Of a DNA stretch of 64,000 bases, positions 1 to 13,315 are shown piece by piece. How positions within the stretch are numbered: the stretch's first letter is position 1; each line of letters starts with the position of its first letter. The notes under the pieces were generated by a model. It ran no database searches and was not told where the DNA came from. It worked only from the letters and a program-made list of their open reading frames with translations. A program made the translations under genes and the position numbers. Where the stretch lies: NCBI RefSeq assembly GCF_031769215.1, contig NW_026781965.1:2666001-2730000 (forward strand). Reading direction: 5' to 3'. This DNA is from Ylistrum balloti. Lineage: Eukaryota.

Positions 1-3000
1 TCCTTAGTCCACCACGACAACTCTAATCCATCAGAACAGATCTCCTTAGTCCACCACGACAACTCTAATCCATCAGAACAGATCTCCTTAGTCCACCACG
101 ACAACTCTAATCCATCAGAACAGATCTCCTTAGTCCAGCACGACAACTCTAATCCATCAGAACAGATCTCCTTAGTCAACTATTACAACTCTAATCCATC
201 AGAACAGATCTCATTAGTCCACTATTACAACTCTAATCCATCAGAACAGATCTCCTTAGTCCACCACGACAACTCTAATCACTCTGAACAGATCTCCTTG
301 GTCCACCACGACAACTCTAATCCATCAGAACAAATCTCCTTAGTCCACCACGACAACTCTAATCCATCAGAACAGATCTCCTTAATCCACCACGACAACT
401 CTTATCCATCAGAACAGATCTCCTTAGTCCACTATGACAACTCTTATCCATCAGAACAGATCTCCTTTGTCCACCACGACAACTCTAATCCATCAGAACA
501 GATCTCCTTAATCCACCACGACAACTCTAATCCATCAGAACAGATCTCCTTAGTCAACTATTACAACTCTAATCCATCAGAACAAATCTCCTTAGTCCAC
601 CACGACAACTCTAATCCATCAGAACAGATCTCCTTAGTCCACCACAACAACTCTAATCCATCAGAACAGATCTCCTTAGTCCACTATGACAACTCTTATC
701 CATCAGAACAGATCTCCTTTGTCAACTATTACAACTCTAATCCATCAGAACAGATCTCCTTAGTTCACCACGACAACTCTAATCCACCGGAATAGATCTC
801 CTTAGTCCACCACAACAACTCTAATCCATCAGAACAGTTCTCCTTAGTCCACCACGACAACTCTAATCCATCAGAACAGATCTCCTTAGTCCACCACGAC
901 AACTCTAATCCATCAGAACAGATCTCCTTAGTCCACCACGACAACTCTAATCCATCAGAACAGATCTCCTTAGTCCACCACGACAACTCTAATCCATCAG
1001 AACAGATCTCCTTAGTCAAATATTACAACTCTAATCCATCAGAACAAATCTCCTTAGTCCACCACGACAACTCTAATCCATCAGAACAGATCTCCTTAGT
1101 CCACCACGACAACTCTAATCCATCAGAACAGATCTCTTTAGTCCACCACGACAACTCTAATCCATCAGAACAGATCTCCTTAGTCAACTATTACAACTCT
1201 AATCCATCAGAACAGATCTCATTAGTCCACCACGACAACTCTAATCCATCAGAACAGATCTCCTTAGTCAACTATTACAACTCTAATCCATCAGAACAGA
1301 TCTCATTAGTCCACCACGACAACTCTAATCCATCAGAAGAGATCTCCTTAGTCCACTATTACAACTCTAATCCATCAGAACAGTTCTCCTTAGTCCACTA
1401 TGACAACTCTTATCCATCAGAACAGATCTCCTTAGTCAAATATTACAACTCTAATCCATCAGAACAGATCTCCTTAGTCCACTATGACAACTCTTATCCA
1501 TCAGAACAGATCTCCTTAGTCCACCACGACAACTCTAATCCATCAGAACAGATCTCCTTAGTCCACCACGACAACTCTAATCCATCAGAACAGATCTCCT
1601 TAGTCCACCACGACAACTCTAATCCATCAGAACAGATCTCCTTAGTCCACCACGACAACTCTAATCCATCAGAACAGATCTCCTTAGTCCACCACGACAA
1701 CTCTAATCCATCAGAACAGATCTCCTTAGTCCACCACGACAACTCTAATCCATCAGAACAGATCTCCTTAGTCCACCACGACAACTCTAATCCATCAGAA
1801 CAGATCTCCTTAGTCAACTATTACAACTCTAATCCATCAGAACAGATCTCATTAGTCCACTATTACAACTCTAATCCATCAGAACAGATCTCCTTAGTCC
1901 ACCACGACAACTCTAATCCATCAGAACAGATCTCCTTAGTCCACCACGACAACTCTAATCCATCAGAACAGATCTCCTTAGTCCACCACGACAACTCTAA
2001 TCCATCAGAACAGATCTCCTTAGTCCACCACAACAACTCTAATCCATCAGAACAGATCTCCTTAGTCAACTATGACAACTCTAATCCATCAGAACAGATC
2101 TCCTTAGTCAACTATGACAACTCTAATCCATCAGAACAGATCTCCTTAGTCCATTATTACAACTCTAATCCATCAGAACAGATCTCCTTAGTCCACCACA
2201 ACAACTCTAATCCATCAGAACAAATCTCCTTAGTCCACCACGACAACTCTAATCCATCAGAACAGATCTCCTTAGTCCACCACAACAACTCTAATCCATC
2301 AGAACAGATCTCCTTAGTCCACCACAACAACTCTAATCCATCAGAACAAATCTCCTTAGTCCATTATTACAACTCTAATCCATCAGAACAGATCTCCTTA
2401 GTCCACCACAACAACTCTAATCCATCAGAACAGATCTCCTTAGTCCACCACAACAACTCTAATCCATCAGAACAAATCTCCTTAGTCCACCACGACAACT
2501 CTAATCCATCAGAACAGATCTCCTTAGTCCACCACAACAACTCTAATCCATCAGAACAAATCTCCTTAGTCCATTATTACAACTCTAATCCATCAGAACA
2601 GATCTCCTTAGTCCACCACAACAACTCTAATCCATCAGAACAAATCTCCTTAGTCCATTATTACAACTCTAATCCATCAGAACAGATCTCCTTAGTCCAC
2701 CACGACAACTCTAATCCATCAGAACAAATCTCCTTAGTCCATTATTACAACTCTAATCCATCAGAACAGATCTCCTTAGTCCACCACAACAACTCTAATC
2801 CATCAGAACAGATCTCCTGAGTCAACTATTACAACTCTAATCCATCAGAACAGATCTCCTTAGTCCACCACAACAACTCTAATCCATCAGAACAGATCTC
2901 CTTAGTCCACCACGACAACTCTAATCCATCAGAACAGATCTCCTTAGTCCACTATGACAACTCTAATCCATCAGAACAGATCTCCTTAGTCCACCACAAC

Positions 3001-3904
3001 AACTCTAATCCATCAGAACAGATCTCCTTAGTCCACTATGACAACTCTTATCCATCAGAACAGATCTCCTTAGTCCACCACGACAACTCTAATCCATCAG
3101 AACAGATCTCCTTAGTCCACCACGACAACTCTAATCCATCAGAACAGATCTCATTAGTCCACCACGACAACTCTAATCCATCAGAACAGATCTCCTTAGT
3201 CCACCACGACAACTCTAATCCATCAGAACAGATCTCCTTAGTCCACTATGACAACTCTAATCCATCAGAACAGATCTCCTTAGTCCACCACGACAACTCT
3301 AATCCATCAGAACAGATCTCCTTAGTCCACCACGACAACTATAATCCATCAGAACAGATCTCATTAGTCCACCACGACAACTCTAATCCATCAGAACAGA
3401 TCTCCTTAGTCCACCACGACAACTCTAATCCATCAGAACAGATCTCCTTAGTCCACCACGACAACTCTAATCCATCAGAACAGATCTCCTTAGTCAACTA
3501 TTACAACTCTAATCCATCAGAACAGATCCCCTTAGTCCACTATGACAACTCTTATCCATCAGAACAGATCTCCTTAGTCAACTATTACAACTCTAATCCA
3601 TCAGAACAGATCTCCTTAGTCCACTATGACAACTCTAATCCATCAGAACAGATCTCATTAGTCCACCACGACAACTCTAATCCATCAGAACAGACCTCCT
3701 TAGTCCACCACGACAACTCTAATCCATCAGAAGAGATCTCCTTAGTCCACCACGACAACTCTAATCCATCAGAACAGATCTCCTTAGTCCACTATGACAA
3801 CTCTAATCACTCTGAACAGATCTCCTTGGTCCACCACGACAACTCTAATCCATCAGAACAGATCTCCTTATTCCACCACGACAACTCTAATCCATCAGAA
3901 CAGA
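1..3904. repeat. 42-bp minisatellite, about 93 copies, truncated by window start
   Basis: Unit TCCTTAGTCCACCACGACAACTCTAATCCATCAGAACAGATC. The lines at 61, 481, 901 ... 3841 (every 420 nt) all begin AACTCTAATC, so there is no net indel across the array. Confidence 0.98.
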
Positions 3905-4257
3905 CCTCTAAAATGTATTACGACAGTGTTTCGTTGATTGTTATTTTGAATAGGAAAGGGTGATTGAAAACATGTTTCAATTACATTTCGCTCTTGAGAC
4001 AGATACTCTACTATCTGACTCCCACTAGCTGGTGTTAGAAAAGTGACATGTACTCCATTCTTCACAAAGTATTCAACCCGAAGACAACCACAACCAATGT
4101 TCAAACTCCAAGAAACATAGCAACCTCAAAGAGCGTCTACCCTTGGAGAGGTCAACTGCGCAAAAGGAAGAATGATTGAAACAGGACTCGAAGTCGGTTA
4201 CTACCAGGCCCCTCTAACGCTTGATTAAAAGGAAATTCCCACTAGCAGAGACTAGTA

Positions 4258-7200
4258 ATGTCATCCAACCTCATTCTACATAAACACCACGATAACTCAT
4301 ACATCAAACGTCATTCTCACATAAACACCACGATAACTCATACATCCAACGTCATTCTCAGCATACACCACGATTACTCACACATCCAACGTCATTCTCA
4401 CCATACACCACGATTACTCACACATCAAACGTCATTATCACATAAACACCACGAGTACTCACACATCCAACGTCATTCTCACATAAACACCACGATAACT
4501 CTTACATCCAACGTCATTCTTACCATACACCACGATTACTCACACATCCAACGTCATTCTCACCATACACCACGATTACTCACACATCCAACGTCTTTAT
4601 CACATAAACACCACGATAACTCACACATATAACGTCATTCTCACCATACACCACAATAACTCGCACATCTAACGCCATTCTCACCACACACCACGATAAC
4701 TCACACATCTAACGTCATTCTCACCACACACCACGATTACTCACACATCCAACGTTATTCTCACATAAACACCACGATAACTCGCACATCTAACGTCATT
4801 CTCACCACACACCACGATAACTCGCACATCTAACGTCATTCTCACCATACACCACGATAACTCGCACATCCAACGTCATTCTCACCAAACACCATGATAA
4901 CTCATACATCCAACGTCATTCTCACCACACACCACGATAACTCACACATCAAACGTCATTCTCACCAAACACCATGATAACTAACACATCCAACGTCATT
5001 CTCACCACACACCACGATAACTCACACATCCAACGTCATTCTCACCATAAACACCACGATAACTCACACATCCAACGTCATTTTAACCACACACCACGAT
5101 GACTCACACATCCAACGTCATTCTCACATAAACACCACGATAACTCACACATCTAACGTCATTCTCACCACACACCATGATAACTCCCACATCCAACGTC
5201 ATTCTCACCACACACCACGATAACTCGCACATCTAACATCATTCTCACCATACACCATGATACCTCACACATCCAACGTCATTCTCACCATACACCACGA
5301 TAAATCGCACATCTAACGCCATTCTCACCACACAACACGTTAACTCGCACATCTAACGTCATTCTTACCATACACCACGATAACTCGCACATCCAACGTC
5401 ATTCTCACCAAACACCATGATAACTCACACATCCAACGTCATTCTCACCATACACCACGATAACTTACACATCCAGTGTCATTCTTACATAAACACCACG
5501 ATAACTTACACATCCAACGTCATTCTCACCATAAACACAACGATAACTCACACATCCAACGTCACTCTCACCATACACCACGAAAACTCACACATCAAAT
5601 GTCATTCTCACATAAACACCACGATAACTTACACATCCAACGTCATTCTCACCATAAACACCACGATAACTCACACATCCAACGTCATTCTCACATAAAC
5701 ACCACGATAACTCACACATCTAACGTCATTCTCACCATACACCATGATAACTCACACATCCAACGTCATTCTCACCACACACCACGATAACTCGCACATC
5801 TAACGTCATTCTCACCATACACCATGATACCTCACACATCCAACGTCATTCACATCATACACCACGATAACTCACACATCCAACGTCATTCTCACCATAA
5901 ACACCACGATAACTCACACATCCAACGTCATTCTCACCACACACCACGATGACTCACACATCCAACGTCATTCTCACATAAACACCACGATAACTTACAC
6001 ATCCAACGTCATTCTCATCATACACCACGATAACTCACACATCAAACGTCATTCTCACCATACACCACGATAACTTACACATCCAGCGTCATTCTCATAT
6101 AAACACCACGATAACTCACACATCTAACGTCATTCTCACCACACACCACGATAACTCACACATCTAACGCCATTCTCACCACACATCACGATAACTCACA
6201 CATCCAACGTCATTCTCACCATACACCACGATAACTCACACATCTAACGAAATTCTCACCACACACCACGATAACTCACACATCCAACGTCATTCTCACC
6301 ATACACCACGATAACTTACACATCTAACGCCATTCTCACCACACACCACGATAACTCGCACATCCAACGTCATTCTCACCATAAACACCACGATAACTCA
6401 CACATCCAACGTCTTTCTCACCACACACCACGATGACTCACACACCCAACGTCATTCTCACATAAACACCACGATAACGTACACATCCAACGTCATTCTC
6501 AACATACACCACGATAACTCACACATCCAGCGTCATTCTCACCATACACCATGATAACTCACACATCCAACGTCATTCTCACCATACACCATGATAACTC
6601 ACACATCCAACGTCATTCTCACCATACACCACGATAACTCACACATCTAACGTCATTCTCACCGTACACCACGATAACTCACACATCTAACGTCATTCTC
6701 ACCACACACCACGATAATTCGCACATCTAACGTCATTCTCACATAAACACCACGATTACTCACACATCCAACGTTATTCTCACATAAACACCACGATAAC
6801 TCACACATCCAACGTCATTCTCACATAAACACCACGATAACTCGCACAATTAACGTCATTTTATCATACACCACGATAACGTCATTCTCACGTAAAAAAA
6901 ACATAACAATCACATCAATCGTCATTTTCACATAAACACCACGATAACTCATATATTCAGCATCATTCTTACATATATGCCACGACGTCCCTCACATCTT
7001 ACGTCATCCTCACATACACACCACGACAACCCATAGATGTAACGTCATCCTCGAAAGTACATCACAATAACCCACAAACATAATATCATCCTCACATATA
7101 CATCATGATAACCCATAGATGTAACGTCATCCTCGAAAGTACATCACAATAACCCACAAACATAATATCATCCTCACATATACATCATGATAACCCATAG

Positions 7201-7290
7201 ATGTAACGTCATCCTCGAAAGTACATCACAATAACCCACAAACATAATATCATCCTCACATATACATCATGATAACCCAACATCTAACGT
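4258..7290. repeat. 40-42-bp minisatellite ending in about 3 copies of an 82-bp dimer
   Basis: Unit approximately CACATCCAACGTCATTCTCACCATACACCACGATAACTCA with length variants (CCATA/CATAA/CCATAA). An 82-bp period is seen at 7031, 7113 and 7195. Confidence 0.97.
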
Positions 7291-7991
7291 CATCATCACG
7301 TGTTTTAGTTTGCAATCAAAATAAACCTTGTCAGTGGTATGGCAGGACACGTGGTTTTCAGAGCGTGGACTAGTGATCCTAGTAAGTAGAGCGTGAAGTA
7401 TGATATTGACATAATGAAACAGAATCATGAATAACACTGATACGGATGAGTAACACTTGTCGGCAGTTAAAGTGTTATTATCTAGTCCGAGTGCAAAATG
7501 CATGATCCGCCTGTTTCCCAGTGTTCAGTGCCATTTCTCGCTGGATTGTCTTGAAATGTTGCCTTTATTTGTTTTCGTGTCTTGATTGATTTTTTGTTTC
7601 ATTTTAAAGTACATAATCCCATGTTCATTCTTGTATCATGTATTTGTAACATTTTTTCTTACAGAGTTATCAAGATATAGTTAAAACTTGAGTAAACTTA
7701 TGTTTCTTGTACGTTCCAGGATCCATTCAGACAAAACTAGTCTTAGTAGCAGTTGTTGGTAGTCTGTAGTGTTACGGGCGATAAGGCATGTTGATGAAGC
7801 TGATAGCGGGCACTAAGTATAATATAAACAAGACATCGTTTGTGTAGAGCGAGGAAAGTATATTGTTAATGCGAAATGTTTATAATATTTTTGATGTAAA
7901 TCATGAGTTAGTCATTGTTAGAATGTATAAACTTATCGCAGCAATGTATCGGAATGTTAACACAATTTTCTTGTTGTATTTTGAAACGAAA

Positions 7992-9140
7992 AGTGTCCTA
8001 CCCCAATAAGTAACAGACTTCTGTTACTAATCTTGGCAGTGTCCAATCCCAATAAGTAACAGACTTCTGTTACTAATCTTGGCAGTGTCCTATCCCAATA
8101 AGTTACAGACTTCTGTTACTAATCTTGGCAGTGTCCTATCCCAATAACTTACAGACTTATGTTACTTATCTTGGTTGTGTTCTATCCCAATAAGTAACAG
8201 ACTTCTGTTACTAATCTTGGCAGTGTCCTATCCCAATAACTTACAGACTTATGTTACTTATCTTGGTTGTGTTCTATCCCAATATACTGCAGACTGTTGT
8301 TACTAATCTTGGTAGTGTTCTATCCCACTAACTGCAGACTGTTGTTACTAATCTTGGTTGAGTTCTATCCCAATGTACTGCAGACTGTTGTTACTAATCT
8401 TGGTTGTGTTCTATCCCACTAACTGCAGACTGTTGTTACTAATCTTGGTTGAGTTCTATCCCAATGTACTGCAGACTGTTGTTACTAATCTTGGTTGTGT
8501 TCTATCCCACTAACTGCAGACTGTTGTTACTAACCTTGGTTGTGTTCTATCCCAATGTACTGCAGACTGTTGTTACTAATCTTGGTTGTGTTCTATCCCA
8601 CCAACTGCAGACTGTTGTTACTAATCTTGGCAGTGTCCTATTCCACTAACTGCAGACTGTTGTTACTAATCTTGGTTTTGTTCTATCCCACTAACTGCAG
8701 ACTGTTGTTACTAATCTTGGTTGTGTTCTTTCCCAATATACTGCAGACTGTTGTTACTAATCTTGGTTGTGTTCTATCCCAATGTACTGCAGACTGTTGT
8801 TACTAATCTTGGTTTTGTTCTATCCCACTAACTGCAGACTGTTGTTACTAATCTTGGTTGTGTTCTTTCCCAATATACTGCAGACTGTTGTTACTAATCT
8901 TGGTTGTGTTCTATCCCAATGTACTGCAGACTGTTGTTACTAATCTTGGTTGTGTTCTATCCCAATGTACTGCAGACTGTTGTTACTAATCTTGGTTGTG
9001 TTCTTTCCCAATATACTGCAGACTGTTGTTACTAATCTTAGTTGTGTTCGTTCCCAATATACTGCAGACCTTATGTTACTAATCTTGGTTGTGTTCTATC
9101 CCAATATACTGCAGACTGTTGTTACTAATTTTGGTAGGTT
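7992..9140. repeat. 46-47-bp minisatellite, about 24 copies
   Basis: Unit CCCAATGTACTGCAGACTGTTGTTACTAATCTTGGTTGTGTTCTAT. The first copies are a 46-bp variant (8002 to 8048). Confidence 0.96.
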
Positions 9141-9565
9141 GTGTATCTTGGTGATAGTTTTTTAGTGATGATGTTTTACTGAAGATCTTCCTATTAGATG
9201 ACGAAACCATACAGCAGCCGAGTTTTTCACGCGCGTGTACGGGTAAGAACAAATACAGGAACAACAAAGCGCGTGCCATTCCGGCAGGATATAACTACAA
9301 CCTTTGGGAATAATTTATTTCATGAACATGAAAGAAAAAGTCGCCACATCCTTTTTAATCTGGTAACATTACGTCACGTGTTTTACATCAGTGTTAATAT
9401 AATCGATCATGCACTGCTCTCTTTGGTAGTCATTCATATACTCCGCAACACAGTATATTTCAGCACCATTCGGAAGTCCATTTTATGGACAGTAAGTTTA
9501 CAATAAGCATGGGTTATGGCAGAAAAACGGACTAACCGTTTTATGTATTGAGACCAACTAGACTA

Positions 9566-10550
9566 ACCGCTGTATGTTACATCACACAATCAAACTCTCC
9601 GCTTTATGTTACGTCACACATCAATCTATCTGCTGTATGTTACGTTACACAATCAAGCTACCCGCTGTGTGTAACGTCACACGATCAAGCTACCCACTGT
9701 ACGTTACGTCACACAATAAATCTATCCGCTGTATGTTACGTCACACAATCAAACTACCTGCTGTACGTTACGTCATACAATCAAACTATCAACTGTACGT
9801 TACGTCACACAATAAATCTATCCGCTGTATGTTACGTCACACAATCAAACTACCCGCTGTACGTTACGTCATACAATCAAACTATCCACTGTACGTTGCG
9901 TCACACAATAAATCTATCCGCTGTATGTTACGTCACACAATAAATTTATCCGCTGTATGTTACCTCACACAATCAATCTATCCACTGTATGTTACGTCAC
10001 ACAATAAATCTATCCACTGTATGTTACGTCACACAATAAATCTATCCGCTGTATGTTACGTCACACAATAAATCTATCCGTTGTACGTTACGTCACATAA
10101 TCAATCTATCCACTGTATGTTACGTCACACAATAAATCTATCCGCTGTACGTTACGTCACACAAACTATCCGCTGTATGTTACGTCAGATAACCGGACTA
10201 ATTGCTGTATGTTACGTGGCAAACCCGGCTATCCGCTGTACGTTACGTCATACAATCAAGCTACCCGCTGTATGTTACGTCAGATAACCGGACTAATTGC
10301 TGTATGCTACATCAGACAAACCGAGACCAACCGCTGCATGTTAGGTTTGGCAACCGTACCAATCGCTGAATGTTATGTCAGACAACCAGACGAGTCAATG
10401 TAAGTTAGATCAGACAAACCGACCAACCGCTTTATGTTAAATCAGACAACCGGACTAACTACCTTATGTTACGTCAGACAACCGCACTAACCGCAGTGTG
10501 TTACGTCAGACAACTGGGCTAATCGTTATAGGTTACGTTAGAAAATCAGA
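9566..10550. repeat. 32-bp minisatellite, degenerate towards the 3' end
   Basis: Unit CCGCTGTATGTTACGTCACACAATAAATCTAT; period 32 (10021 to 10053). Confidence 0.95.
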
Positions 10551-10624
10551 CTAGCCTCGTAATATTGAGATAAACAAACCGGATTCCACTGCTTGTATGT
10601 TTATTTATTTATCTGATATATATT

Positions 10625-12530
10625 CTCTCCGATGGACCTCGAATAGACGAGGTTTTTTTCTCTATCTGTGATAGATCTCAGATCGACGAGGACATTTTCC
10701 CTCTCCGATGGTCTTCGGAAAGATGAAGAAATATCCCCTCTCTGATGGCCTTCGGAGGTTTATCCTCTCTCCGACAGACCTCAGATAGACGGAGGTTTAT
10801 CCTCTCTCAGATGACTTTCGGATAGACGAAAATGTATCCTCTCTCCGACAGACCTCAGATAGACGAAGATTATTCTCTCTCCGACAGACCTCAGATAGAC
10901 GGAGATTTATCCTCTGTCCGACAGACCTCAGATAGACGGAGGTTTATCCTCTCTCCGACAGACTTCAGATAGACGGAGGTTTATCCTCTCTCAGATGACT
11001 TTCGGATAGACGAAAATGTATCCTCTCTCCGACAGACCTCAGATAGACGAAGATTATTCTCTCTCCGACAGACCTCAGATAGACGGAGATTTATCCTCTG
11101 TCCGACAGACCTCAGATAGACGGAGGTTTATCCTCTCTCCGACAGACTTCAGATAGACGGAGGTTTATCCTCTCTCAGATGACTTTCGGATAGACGAAAA
11201 TGTATCCTCTCTCCGACAGACCTCAGATAGACGAAGATTATTCTCTCTCCGACAGACCTCAGATAGACGGAGATTTATCCTCTGTCCGACAGACCTCAGA
11301 TAGACGGAGGTTTATCCTCTCTCCGACAGACCTCAGATAGACGGAGGTTTATCCTCTCTCCGACAGACCCCAGATAGACGGAGGTTTATCCTCTCTCCGA
11401 CAGACCTCAGATAGACGGAGATTTATCCTCTGTCCGACAGACCTCAGATAGACGGAGGTTTATCCTCTCTCCGACAGACCTCAGATAGACGGAGATTTAT
11501 CCTCTCTCCGACAGACCTCAGATAGACGGAGATTTATCCTCTGTCCGACAGACCTCAGATAGACGGAGGTTTATCCTCTCTCCGACAGACCTCAGATAGA
11601 CGGAGATTTATCCTCTGTCCGACAGACCTCAGATAGACGGAGGTTTATCCTCTCTCCGACAGACCTCAGATAGACGGAGGTTTATCCTCTCTCAGATGGC
11701 TTTTGGGATAGACGAAAATGTATCCTCTCTCCGACAGACCTCAGATAGACGAAGATTATTCTCTCTCCGACAGACCTCAGATAGACGGAGGTTTATCCTC
11801 TGTCCGACAGACCTCAGATAGACGGAGGTTTATCCTCTCTCCGACAGACCTCAGATAGACGGAGGTTTATCCTCTCTCCGACAGACCTCAGATAGACGGA
11901 GATTTATCCTCTGTCCGACAGACCTCAGATAGACGGAGGTTTATCCTCTCTCAGATGGCTTTTGGGATAGACGAAAATGTATCCTCTCTCCGACAGACCT
12001 TAGATAGACGGAGGTTTATCCTCTCTCCGACAGACCCCAGATAGACGGAGGTTTATCCTCTCTCCGACAGACCTCAGATAGACGGAGGTTTATCCTCTCT
12101 CAGATGACTTTCGGATAGACGAAAATGTATCCTCTCTCCGACAGACCTCAGATAGACGAAGATTATTCTCTCTCCGTCAGACCTCAGATAGACGGAGATT
12201 TATCCTCTGTCCGACAGACCTCAGATAGACGGAGGTTTATCCTCTCTCCGACAGACCTCAGATAGACGAAGATTATCCTCTCTCCGACAGACCTCGGATA
12301 GACGAAGACTATTCTCTCTCCGACAGACCTCAGATAGACGGAGGTTTATCCTCTCTCCGATGGCCTTCGGATAGACGAAAATTTATCCTCTCTCCGATGG
12401 CCTTCAGATAGACGAAGATTTTATTCCCTTCCTGATGGATCTCGATTAGACAAAGATTTATACAGACCCAGATGGATCTCAGATAGACGAAGATTGTATT
12501 CTCTCTCCGATCGATAGACCTCGGATAGAC
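10625..12530. repeat. 37-bp minisatellite with a local 184-bp (5-unit) higher-order repeat
   Basis: Unit CTCTCTCCGACAGACCTCAGATAGACGGAGGTTTATC. The variant unit CCTCTCTCAGATGACTTTCGG recurs at 10801, 10985 and 11169. Confidence 0.96.
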
Positions 12531-13299
12531 ATTGATTTAATCCGCAGTCGTTTTACTTTAACGTGTCGATGTTATTGTCCATTTAACAATAAAATAAACC
12601 CTTTTTTATGAGACATTGAGACATTGATTTACGTGGTAACAGCTTTACGCTTCACGTGGTAACAGCTTCACGTGGTAACAGCTTACACCCACAGGTGTTA
12701 GTGACTTTTCGAACACCTGGCTTCAAACACAGACATCACAATATTATTGTACAACACGAGCTGGCGCTCTACCGTTTACAGCCTCTGATTCACGCCGAGC
12801 TGTTTGTGTTATACCTGTACGCCGTGCATGTACTTCAATTTTCAAAGTAGCGTGCTCTTCTACCAAAATCAGTTGTTTACGCCTTAAATTAAGATATCTT
12901 CTACATCGTACATGTAAAACGGCACCAAAAACAAGCGCAGATTCACACGCCTGGGTTCTCCATTGTATAGGCTGCGGCAGATATGTCTGAATTTAAAACT
13001 CTTGAATTGTTAATAGATAACAGAAACACGCGTGTATCTCTATTTTTAGTTTCCCGACCTTAATCTGAGAGAGGTTTCAGTAGTTCAATAATAGGCTATA
13101 TCAAATAAAGTATTGATACAGAGATGCCGTACACCGGGGCTTTATACAAACAATGCATGCAGTGAAGATATCGGCGTATACTTACCCGTCCTTGTATGTG
13201 GACGACAGTTACTCACAGCAAAACAAGCAGCTCTCATACAATCATCATATTTTACTAAGGAAGTACTTCCTCTCATACATATATGTCTGCATGTGTCTT

Positions 13300-13315
13300 T
13301 GTGTGTGTGTGTGTG
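13300..13315. repeat. short (TG)n microsatellite
   Basis: tgtgtgtgtgtgtgtg. Confidence 0.9.

Noticed and set aside
765-2069. Minus-strand ORFs (WWTKEICSDGLELS)n
   Set aside because: Translations of the satellite; they open on non-ATG codons and are broken by common unit variants.
3895-4104. LNIGCG resembling a SAM-binding motif in the spacer ORF
   Set aside because: TTG start, an upstream in-frame stop, no fitting splice sites and no further methyltransferase motifs.
8009-8030. GTAACAG/CTGTTAC hairpin in array 3, matching the solo-LTR termini
   Set aside because: Only 7 bp with no further similarity; likely coincidence.
4258-10403. His-rich, Leu-rich and Cys-rich ORFs in arrays 2-4
   Set aside because: Unit lengths are mostly not multiples of three, and frames shift or overlap; these are repeat artefacts.
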